Of a stretch of 27,642 nt of DNA, positions 9,781 to 17,439 are shown one piece after another (the stretch's first letter is position 1; every line of letters starts with the position of its first letter). The translations under genes were made by a program, and so were the position numbers. The notes beneath the pieces are model-generated. The model searched no databases, was not told the origin of the DNA, and was given only the letters and a program-made list of their open reading frames with translations. Source of the DNA: Gemmatimonadota bacterium. Its GTDB lineage: Bacteria; Gemmatimonadota; Gemmatimonadetes; Gemmatimonadales; GWC2-71-9. The DNA is taken from the NCBI GenBank assembly GCA_039588295.1, contig JBDHAB010000037.1, positions 1-27,642 on the forward strand. The letters run 5' to 3'.

Positions 9781-9887
9781 GTTTTCTCGAACACTTCGAT
9801 ATGGAGCCGACCGGGCTGGGTGAGGTTGGCCGCCAGGAGCTTGGCATGGTGCAACTCATCGTCGACCACGTAGATTTTTCGCAGCAT
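9756..9887 (-). pseudogene. N-terminal stub of a response-regulator receiver domain (43 aa, not in the supplied ORF track)
   Basis: Manual translation gives MLRKIYVVDDELHHAKLLAANLTQPGRLHIEVFEKTSGPAPAS*. The beta1 IYVVDDE, alpha1 and beta2 of a receiver are present, then similarity ends before the phosphoacceptor Asp. Confidence 0.65.
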
Positions 9888-9958
9888 GTCACCAATACTT
9901 GTGTCATGCCGGGATTTACAAGCTCCGCAAAATGAAGGAGAAGCCTGCTCGGGACGCC

Positions 9959-10345
9959 ATGATGGGGAAGCAGCTCAGGATTGTGCTCATCGACGACGAG
10001 CCCGACCTCCGCAAGCTCGTCGAGCGAACCCTGCAATTCATCGCGGGCTGGGACGTCGCCAGCGCACCCGATGGGGAATCCGGTATCGAGCTGGTGAGGT
10101 CGCACCAACCGAACGCAGCGATCGTCGACCTCATGATGCCTGGAATGGACGGGTTTGAGGTCGCGCGTCGGCTCAAGCAGGACCCGAGCACCGCCCACAT
10201 ACCGGTGGTACTGCTCACGGCACGTACGGAAATCGACCAGGCGAGGCTCGAGGCCTCCGGTGCAGACGGGGTCGTGTTCAAGCCGTTCGAACCGGAAGCG
10301 CTGGCCGCGCAGATCGCGGAGTGCTGTGGGGAGCCGGATGCCTGA
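9959..10345 (+). CDS. Single-domain response regulator (receiver)
   Basis: IVLIDDE, AIVDLMMPGMDG, VVLLTA, FKPF. Confidence 0.93.
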   Translation: MMGKQLRIVLIDDEPDLRKLVERTLQFIAGWDVASAPDGESGIELVRSHQPNAAIVDLMMPGMDGFEVARRLKQDPSTAHIPVVLLTARTEIDQARLEASGADGVVFKPFEPEALAAQIAECCGEPDA

Positions 10346-10709
10346 GACGAGCGGACCGGTTCCCGAGCGGGAAGCGCTGATCGCGGGGCTGCGCCGGGAG
10401 TTTGCCGAGGGATTGCCGGAGCGCCTGAAGGTTTTGCGGTCGGCGCTCGACGATCTCACCCGCTGCTACGACCGGGACCGAGCCGAGACGTTCTACTACC
10501 GGGTGCACGGTCTCAAAGGAACGGCGGCATCCCATGCGGCCAAAGAGATCGTCGGACCGGCCACACGCCTGGCCGACCGTGGCTACCAGTGGATGGAGCG
10601 CCGCGCGGCACCGCCCGACGAAGTGTCCGCAGCCGCCACCGATTTGGAGGAACTCGGGGCGGCGATGCGCGCATACCGACAGCGTCTCCAGGGCGACCTG
10701 GTCCCATGA
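10338..10709 (+). CDS. Stand-alone Hpt phosphotransfer domain protein
   Basis: LRREFAEGLPERL...RVHGLKGTAASH. It overlaps the upstream stop and has an ATGA overlap with the downstream kinase. Confidence 0.85.
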   Translation: MPETSGPVPEREALIAGLRREFAEGLPERLKVLRSALDDLTRCYDRDRAETFYYRVHGLKGTAASHAAKEIVGPATRLADRGYQWMERRAAPPDEVSAAATDLEELGAAMRAYRQRLQGDLVP

Positions 10710-13114
10710 CTCGTAGACCGACACGTGAGACAACCGGGGCGGATCGGCTCGAGGTCCTGTCCGAGCTTGCCTCTCTCATCAACACCACCTTCGACTTCAC
10801 GGAGATTCTCCGCACCGCCATTCTGAAGCTGCAACGCGTGCTCGAGTTTCGCCGGGCCAGTGTGACTCTGGTCTCGGAAGATCGCACGTACTACTACCTC
10901 CACACATTGTACGATGCCAACCGGGGTGGCTTCCAGGAGAACACGGAACAGTTCCCCATCAACAGCGGACTCCCTGGCAAGGCGATCCGAACCGGTGAAG
11001 CCATGCGCGTGACCCAGTTCCACGGCACGCAAGGGATCCGTACGGCCGACGGCCAACAGGTGTCGGCGATGATCGTGCCACTGCATGTCGGTGCGGAGGT
11101 GATTGGCTCGCTCAACCTCGGCGCACCGGACAACGTGAAATATCGCGCTGAGGATCTGGAGCTCGCGGTCCTGCTCGGTCGCCAGATCGAGACATCACTG
11201 CGCTACTCCAAGCTCCTCGCAACGATCGATCAGCAGCGCGAGGATCTGGCGCGCGAACACGTGAGAGTCCAGTGGCAGCGCACGCGCTTGGAGGCGCTGA
11301 TCGAGGCTGGTGAGTCGGCGATCCTCATGGCGAGCGAGGGCCACGTCGTCCATGTCAACCATGCGATGGCTGGATTGCTCGGACTCCCCAAAGAGGTGCT
11401 GCTGGGCGCATCGCTGGAGAAGGTCCATGATGTGCTCGCCCGCTCCCTCCACGATCCAGCGGCCCTGGCCGCCCAACAGGCGGCGATGCGTTCCGAGGAA
11501 CCGCTACGCGATCGCGTCGAGTTCGGTTTTCCAAGACCCATGGTCTGCCAGCGGGCCGTGGACCCGGTGCGCGGTGAGACCGGAGCAGTGTTGGGCCACC
11601 TCCTCGTGTACCGTGACATCACGCGGGAGGCGGATGCCGAAGCGGCAAAGGGTGAGTTCGTCTCGTTGGTGAGTCACGAGTTGCGCACGCCGCTCACGTC
11701 GATCAAGACCTCGCTCTCTCTGCTCGACAAAGGGGCAGCAGGCGAGGTTACCGCTGAGATGCGCGAGTACTTGGGCATCGGTCTGCGCAATCTCGAGCGG
11801 ATGATCAAGTTGGTCGACGACCTCCTCGATCTGTCGAGAATCGAGGGCGGGAGGCTCGTGACGGACATTGTTCCGGTGTCGCTCGAGGAACACGCGGCAC
11901 GAGCACTCGAAGTGGTTCGGGGGTTCGCATTGCAGCGGGACGTCGTGCTCGAGTACGGCGACACACCGGAAGCGGTCGTGCTCGCGGACTCCGATCGGCT
12001 CGAGCAAGTGCTGGTCAACCTCCTGTCTAACGCGATCAAGTTCTCGCCACGCGGTGGTCGCGTGGGAATCCAGTGGGGTGTGGAGCCGGAAGGCGCGGTG
12101 ATCGAGATCTCGGACGAGGGCCCGGGGATTCCAGAGGATCAGATCCAGGCCGTGTTCGAGAAGTTTCGACAGCTCGATCGTGTCTCCACCCGGATCCATG
12201 GCGGCGCAGGTCTGGGTCTGCACATCAGCCGCGCGATCGTCGAGCAGTTCGATGGAACGATGTGGGCAGAGAGCAGTGAGGGCGATGGCTCGCGGTTCTA
12301 TGTCCGCCTGCCGTTGGCGAAGGAGCCGGCGCCGAAGAAGCTGGCGCCTGAAGTCGTCGAGCGACCCGGCTCGGTGCTGCTCGTCGAGCCGGACCCCGAT
12401 TTGGCGCTCGTGTTTCAGACGCAATTCGAAGAAGCGGGATCCGTCGTCACCGTCGTGGCTGGTGGCTCCGAGGGGCTGGATCGAGTGCAAGAGAAGCCGC
12501 CCGACGTCGTCGTGATCGCGCTCGAATTGCCGGACATGCACGGGCTCGAGTTCCTCCAGCGGCTCCGAGCGATTCCGGAGACGGCAGATACTCCCGCCAT
12601 ACTGCTCGGCGGCGACACCAGCCCGACGCAAGCGGTGTCCTACGGTGCAGACGCGTGCCTGGCGGAAGACGGATGGGGTGTGGTGGAAGAGGCCGCGCGG
12701 ATCGCCGGTGCCACCCGGCGGCACATCCTGCTGCTCGTGGAAGACGACCCAGCGCAACGGGGGGCACTGGCTCGCATGTTTCGCCGGTCGGGGTACGCCT
12801 GCATCGAAGCCGCCAACGGGGAGGACGCGTTGGCCCTGGCGCGGCGCCGGGCACCCGACGCGGTCATCGCCGACCTCCACCTCCCGGGCAAGAACGGCCT
12901 CCAGGTGCTGCAACAAATGCGTGCCGATCCCGCGTTGCGGAGTGTGCCTGCGCTGCTCGTGAGCGGGTACGCCAGCCGAGAAGCGATACAGGCGGCGGCC
13001 GACCTCGGGGCGGAATTTCTCGCCAAGCCAATGGACTGGACGGTGATCGTCCAGACGATCAGAAGACTCGTGGGCTCGGGGGGTGAGACGGAGTCTGCGG
13101 AAACCTCGTCGTGA
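10706..13114 (+). CDS. Cytoplasmic hybrid sensor histidine kinase (GAF-PAS-HisKA-HATPase-REC-REC)
   Basis: GAF (IVPLHVGAEVIGSLNL), PAS-like segment, H-box VSHELRTPLTSI, NLLSNAIKF, DEGPGI, GAGLGL, two C-terminal receivers. No transmembrane helix seen. Confidence 0.93.
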   Translation: MTRRPTRETTGADRLEVLSELASLINTTFDFTEILRTAILKLQRVLEFRRASVTLVSEDRTYYYLHTLYDANRGGFQENTEQFPINSGLPGKAIRTGEAMRVTQFHGTQGIRTADGQQVSAMIVPLHVGAEVIGSLNLGAPDNVKYRAEDLELAVLLGRQIETSLRYSKLLATIDQQREDLAREHVRVQWQRTRLEALIEAGESAILMASEGHVVHVNHAMAGLLGLPKEVLLGASLEKVHDVLARSLHDPAALAAQQAAMRSEEPLRDRVEFGFPRPMVCQRAVDPVRGETGAVLGHLLVYRDITREADAEAAKGEFVSLVSHELRTPLTSIKTSLSLLDKGAAGEVTAEMREYLGIGLRNLERMIKLVDDLLDLSRIEGGRLVTDIVPVSLEEHAARALEVVRGFALQRDVVLEYGDTPEAVVLADSDRLEQVLVNLLSNAIKFSPRGGRVGIQWGVEPEGAVIEISDEGPGIPEDQIQAVFEKFRQLDRVSTRIHGGAGLGLHISRAIVEQFDGTMWAESSEGDGSRFYVRLPLAKEPAPKKLAPEVVERPGSVLLVEPDPDLALVFQTQFEEAGSVVTVVAGGSEGLDRVQEKPPDVVVIALELPDMHGLEFLQRLRAIPETADTPAILLGGDTSPTQAVSYGADACLAEDGWGVVEEAARIAGATRRHILLLVEDDPAQRGALARMFRRSGYACIEAANGEDALALARRRAPDAVIADLHLPGKNGLQVLQQMRADPALRSVPALLVSGYASREAIQAAADLGAEFLAKPMDWTVIVQTIRRLVGSGGETESAETSS

Positions 13115-13168
13115 GGTACGGGCGGAACTGACCTTGGACGCCGCGGCGGCAGCCAGAGGCCTGCGCGC

Positions 13169-13558
13169 CTACTCCCCCGGTTGGTACAGCGCGGCGACCG
13201 CGCCTGCGGGATCGCGAATCACAGCGTAGCGACCCTCCCCGCCCATGTTCTTGGGTGGAACCAGGAGCTCGCCGCCCGACTCCTCACACCGCGCCACACT
13301 CGCGTCCACGTCGGCAACCGTGATGTAGACCAGCCACACCGGAGGCAGGTCGGCGTTCGCGCCCCGGGCATGACATACGCCGGCGATTGGGGTTCCGTGG
13401 TCCGTCGTCATCGTGTAGTCGCCGTAGCCGCCCATGTCTACGGGTGCAGGGTTCCAACCGGCTACTGCCGCGTAGAAGTCCCGCACGCGCTCGGCGTCGG
13501 GAACGGTGAGATCGGTCCAACCGATCGTGCCGGGCTGTGGTCGCGCCGTGTCGCTCAT
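13169..13558 (-). CDS. VOC/glyoxalase family protein
   Basis: GTIGWTDLTVPDAERVRDFYAAVAGW, WLVYITVADVD, RYAVIRDPAGA. Confidence 0.9.
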   Translation of the reverse strand: MSDTARPQPGTIGWTDLTVPDAERVRDFYAAVAGWNPAPVDMGGYGDYTMTTDHGTPIAGVCHARGANADLPPVWLVYITVADVDASVARCEESGGELLVPPKNMGGEGRYAVIRDPAGAVAALYQPGE

Positions 13559-14577
13559 GACAATCCTCGTTCGGGAAGATGCTCGCGGATGTGCTCGATC
13601 GCCTCCGCTTCCGCGGCCTTCGCGTATCGGATTTCTGCGGACAGCGGGCGGAGGACGTCGGCGGTGAGGTTGGACGTCTTGGAGGCGTGGTCCCAGACCG
13701 GTTTCAGGTGCGAGGCGACGCGCGCGAACGCCGCCGCTGCTCCACGGAGTCCTGTGTTCTCGGCGGCGATAGTACGAAGGTAGTCGCGCGCGTAACAGCG
13801 TGCTCCATACCAGTGCTTCGCATAGTAGGCGACATGGTTCAGCACGCTGGCGGGGATGTTGTGTGCCTTGCCGGCCTCCACGAGCATCGCCCAGCGATCG
13901 TAGAGCAGCGCCCACAAGTCGAAGGCGGGCAGGCCATCCTGATACTGTGGTCGGTCCATCGGCTCCCGCTGCTCGGCATGGGCCACGGCCGCGGCGAGCG
14001 CATTGCGCACGACCTCGTCCCGAGTTCTGCCGTTCGGCGCGCCGAGGACCGTCACGGCCAGGATATCGATGCCGTTGTTTCCCAGCCGGTCGAACGGCAG
14101 GGAGGACGGTTGCCCCCCATGGGTTACGGTGCGGTACTTCCGGGCGCGCTCGTCCAGTCCGACGACCAAACCCCACTCGCAATCGGCGATGTCCCATGCG
14201 ACGGCGGGGACCCCGCGCTGGATGCCGTCCACGATCGCCGCGTGCGCCTCGTCCCTTCGCGCGTCCTGCTGATCGGTCTCGTGCCACATGCGACTCACGT
14301 GGTGGCACTGATATCCCACTTGTTCCACCGCCTCCGGAAGGAGCGCGTTGAAATCGAACATACTCATTGCGCTCGGGCAGAAGACCTCATTGACGTAGAT
14401 CCTGAACGCGAACGCGCTGCTTCCCATCAGCCAGACGGGATCGAGATCGCCGTAGGCATGCTGGAGAGCCGTCGCCAGGCAGCCGACGTACGAATGCGCA
14501 ATCCCGGGCTCGCTCCGGCCCTCGGCCTGGTGGTCGACGTACCACTCGACGCCCTCGAGACAGGAACCCGTCATCAT
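13555..14577 (-). CDS. Hypothetical protein, possibly BtrH_N/papain-like fold
   Basis: GGAGG RBS and ATGA overlaps on both sides. SYVGCL, LMGSSAFAFR, FCPS, IVDGIQRGVPAVAW, EWGLVVGLD resemble the BtrH_N/C39-like pattern, but the catalytic His is not evident. Confidence 0.6.
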   Translation of the reverse strand: MMTGSCLEGVEWYVDHQAEGRSEPGIAHSYVGCLATALQHAYGDLDPVWLMGSSAFAFRIYVNEVFCPSAMSMFDFNALLPEAVEQVGYQCHHVSRMWHETDQQDARRDEAHAAIVDGIQRGVPAVAWDIADCEWGLVVGLDERARKYRTVTHGGQPSSLPFDRLGNNGIDILAVTVLGAPNGRTRDEVVRNALAAAVAHAEQREPMDRPQYQDGLPAFDLWALLYDRWAMLVEAGKAHNIPASVLNHVAYYAKHWYGARCYARDYLRTIAAENTGLRGAAAAFARVASHLKPVWDHASKTSNLTADVLRPLSAEIRYAKAAEAEAIEHIREHLPERGLS

Positions 14578-15119
14578 CCACCTCCCATCGAAAGATGCCG
14601 CTTGGCCTTGGCGAATACCGTGAGTGTGACGCCGGTCGGAGACGCTACCCGGCACGCGGTCTCGACCGATTGGACCGACGGCACACCGAGGATATAGGCC
14701 TCTGTGACATGCACCTCGCAGGGCACGACCGGGAGGTGGGCGGTGTCGTCGGTGCCCGACCACTCAAAGCGGTTGGCGGAGCCGTCGGTGAGAACCGTGC
14801 CTGTCGTGTACAAATCGGCGATGACGAAGAGCACGCTGGCAGTGTCGCCAGAGACCACCCGCTCGACCAGCAGCGTGTGGGGGATCCGGTCCTGTCGTAC
14901 TTGAAACAGGTATTCCTCTCCCGCGACGAGCACCTCGGTGCCGTGTTGCACGTTCCGGCTCAGGACGACCACCGCGGTATTCGTATCGGGTTCCGATAGG
15001 TCGGCCAGCCGAATCATTTCCGGCCCCGAGCCGTCGAAGCAGGCGGACAGCGCGATGAGTCCGGCGGTGGTCACGAGGCTCGCCCGAATGCGGCGTGCCT
15101 GCGAAATCGCGAGAGACAC
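14574..15119 (-). CDS. Hypothetical lipoprotein
   Basis: Basic N-terminus, hydrophobic stretch and lipobox LSAC. It starts 1 nt after the otsA stop. Confidence 0.65.
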   Translation of the reverse strand: MSLAISQARRIRASLVTTAGLIALSACFDGSGPEMIRLADLSEPDTNTAVVVLSRNVQHGTEVLVAGEEYLFQVRQDRIPHTLLVERVVSGDTASVLFVIADLYTTGTVLTDGSANRFEWSGTDDTAHLPVVPCEVHVTEAYILGVPSVQSVETACRVASPTGVTLTVFAKAKRHLSMGGG

Positions 15120-15120
15120 C

Positions 15121-16536
15121 CTACATCTTCCTGCTGCTCCGCTGGTTTTCCTTCGCGGCAGCTGCGAGTCGCTGGAGCAGTCGCCGAGCCCACGTATGCA
15201 CGTTGAGTTTCGCCTCGCGCTGGCGCAGCGCCTTAATCCTCGAGCGCCGTTCGGGGAGCGGCATGGTCAGCGCGCTGTGCAGCTTGGCCGCCGTGTCCTC
15301 CAGATCGTACGGGTTGACGAGCAGCGCTTCTTTCATCGTCTCCGCGGCGCCGGCCATATGCGACAACACCAACACACCGGGCGACCCCACCTGGCAGGTG
15401 ACGAATTCCTTCGCGACGAGGTTCATCCCGTCGCGGAGCGGGGTCACCAAGCCCACGTCGGCCTCGCGGTAGAGCCCGCAGAGACGATCCTGAGGGAGCG
15501 AACGATAGAGATAGCGGATGGGCGTCCACGTGGCGGAACCGAATCGTCCGTTGATCTGCCCGACAAGACGATCGATCTCCCGCTTGAGCTCGCGATACTC
15601 GGAGACCTCCGCGCGACTTGGCACGGCCAGTTGGAGGAGCGTGACCTGGTTGCGGTGTTCCGGATGTCTCTCGAGCAGCAGCGCGAATGCTTCGAGCCGT
15701 TGCGGAATGCCCTTCGTGTAATCGAGCCGGTCGACCCCCAGGATGATGCGCTCGGCCGGATCGAACCCGGGGTCGGGAGCAGCCTTGGCGACGGACTCGA
15801 ACTGGGTGAAATCGATGCCGAGGGGCAGGGGAATCACCCGCACCTGGCGGCCGTCGTGCTCGACCGTGCCACGCCGACGATCGACCCTGCAACCGAGGAG
15901 CCGGTGCGCGCACTCCAGGAAATTGCGAACGTACCCACTCACGTGGAAGCCGACGAGATCCGACCCCAGCATACCTTGGAGCAGGCTCCGCCCCCACGGG
16001 AGGACGCGGAACACGTCGAACGGGGGGAACGGGATGTGGAGGAAGAACCCGATTGGCATGCTCTTGGCGAGCTTTCGGAGCCGCGCTGGCACGAGCATGA
16101 GGTGATAGTCGTTGACGAGCACGAGGTCGTTGGGGCGCGCTACCCGTGCCGTCGCGTCGGCGAAGTACTCGTTGGTCCGCTCGTACGCCTCCCAGTCGCT
16201 CGACTCGAAAAAGGCCCGGCCCGGCAGCACGTGGAAAAGGGGCCACAACGTGCCGTTCGAGAAGCCATGGTAGTATCCGCGAAAGTCGCCTCTGGGGATC
16301 GCCACGGGCTCGATCCGGTAGGGATCGGAGGGGCGGGAAAGCTGCTCCCCAGCAAGAAGCTCTTTGCCCGGCCACCCGACCCAGACGCCACCGCGCTGCC
16401 GCATGAGCGGCTGGAATGCGGCGACCAGGCCGCCGCTGGACCGAATGCGCTCGGGGCCGTGGGCTCCGCGACGGAGCGTGATGGGCAATCGATTGCTGAC
16501 GGCGACCAGAACGGCTTTTCGGCGAGACGAAGACAC
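15121..16536 (-). CDS. otsA: Trehalose-6-phosphate synthase (GT20)
   Basis: VSNRLP, SGGLV, WVGWPG, YYHGFSNGTLWPLFH, DYHL, GFFLHIPFP, GVDRLDYTKGI, DGMNLVAKEF. GGAGG RBS. Confidence 0.92.
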   Translation of the reverse strand: MSSSRRKAVLVAVSNRLPITLRRGAHGPERIRSSGGLVAAFQPLMRQRGGVWVGWPGKELLAGEQLSRPSDPYRIEPVAIPRGDFRGYYHGFSNGTLWPLFHVLPGRAFFESSDWEAYERTNEYFADATARVARPNDLVLVNDYHLMLVPARLRKLAKSMPIGFFLHIPFPPFDVFRVLPWGRSLLQGMLGSDLVGFHVSGYVRNFLECAHRLLGCRVDRRRGTVEHDGRQVRVIPLPLGIDFTQFESVAKAAPDPGFDPAERIILGVDRLDYTKGIPQRLEAFALLLERHPEHRNQVTLLQLAVPSRAEVSEYRELKREIDRLVGQINGRFGSATWTPIRYLYRSLPQDRLCGLYREADVGLVTPLRDGMNLVAKEFVTCQVGSPGVLVLSHMAGAAETMKEALLVNPYDLEDTAAKLHSALTMPLPERRSRIKALRQREAKLNVHTWARRLLQRLAAAAKENQRSSRKM

Positions 16537-16577
16537 CGTGGCAGTTACCTCCGGTTATCTGTTCGCGAGCCCGGAAT

Positions 16578-16592
16578 ACGTAGAATCTACGT
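16578..16592. promoter_or_regulatory. 7-1-7 palindrome upstream of otsA, candidate operator
   Basis: ACGTAGA-A-TCTACGT lies about 40 bp upstream of the otsA start. Confidence 0.35.
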
Positions 16593-16619
16593 GCATGGCG
16601 TCCGCGGTGAGGGGCCGTG

Positions 16620-17306
16620 TTATGGCAGCTCGTTCGTGGTCGGATCGAGCTCGCCGTTGAGCGGCAAGAGGTCGAGGTAGCGGTGTCCGTGCTCGTCGAG
16701 GGTGCGACCGCGCGTGAATCCCACAGGGTACTGAAGCTCGGGTCCGTCGAACACGAAGGTATGATACTCCCCGCGTTCGCCGCAGGGGTCGACGTCATCC
16801 GTGCAGCTGATCTCCGTGACAAGATCGGCGTCGAACTCTCGACCGAGGAGACCGGTGGCGTGCTCCTGGAGGTGGACGCTCACCACGAGCGCTCGATAGC
16901 CCCGTTCGACCACTTCCCACGCGATCTCGACCGACGGGTCGCCCCAGAGCGGCTCGACATGTTCCAGGCCCGCCGCCCGCACGCGGTCCTCATACCACGC
17001 GCGCACGTCCGGGAGATGCACGTTGCCGAAGATGACACCCGTGACATCTTTCGCGCGGAGCGTCCGCAGCATGTCTATGAAGACCGGCTCGAACGTGTGC
17101 TCCGTCGTGGGTGCGGCCAGCAGCTCCAAGCCGAGTGTCCTCGCCTGGTTGACGATGAGCCGCGTACGCACCCCTTGATACCGCACGCGCATGGATGACT
17201 CGTCATGCAGCGTCACGAGATAGCGCACGTCGAGGCCGCGTCTGCGAGCGCGGTCGAGCGCGAGCGTCGCGTCCTTGCCGCCGGCGCTCATGAGGGCGTA
17301 CGACAT
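16620..17306 (-). CDS. Diphthine-ammonia ligase (Dph6/DUF71)-like PP-loop ATPase
   Basis: SAGGKDATLAL, VIFGNVHLPDVR, EPLWG, LLGREF, DPCGERGEYHTFVFDGP. Confidence 0.88.
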   Translation of the reverse strand: MSYALMSAGGKDATLALDRARRRGLDVRYLVTLHDESSMRVRYQGVRTRLIVNQARTLGLELLAAPTTEHTFEPVFIDMLRTLRAKDVTGVIFGNVHLPDVRAWYEDRVRAAGLEHVEPLWGDPSVEIAWEVVERGYRALVVSVHLQEHATGLLGREFDADLVTEISCTDDVDPCGERGEYHTFVFDGPELQYPVGFTRGRTLDEHGHRYLDLLPLNGELDPTTNELP

Positions 17307-17349
17307 GGGGAGAATGTACGGGTCGTGCACGGCCGGGGTTAGGTGGGAG

Positions 17350-17384
17350 GCGAGAAGCGAGAAGCGAGAAGGGAGAAGGGATGA
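17350..17384. repeat. Heptamer tandem repeat in a divergent intergenic region
   Basis: GCGAGAA x3, GGGAGAA, GGGATGA. Confidence 0.8.
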
Positions 17385-17439
17385 GGGGCGTGACCGTCAC
17401 ACTTGACTCTCCGTTCCAGTCCATGAGTGTTTACCCGCT

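Noticed and set aside
9362..10459. 365-aa minus-strand ORF
   Set aside because: It is an antisense shadow of the response regulator, runs out of frame through the two gene remnants, and has no recognisable motifs.
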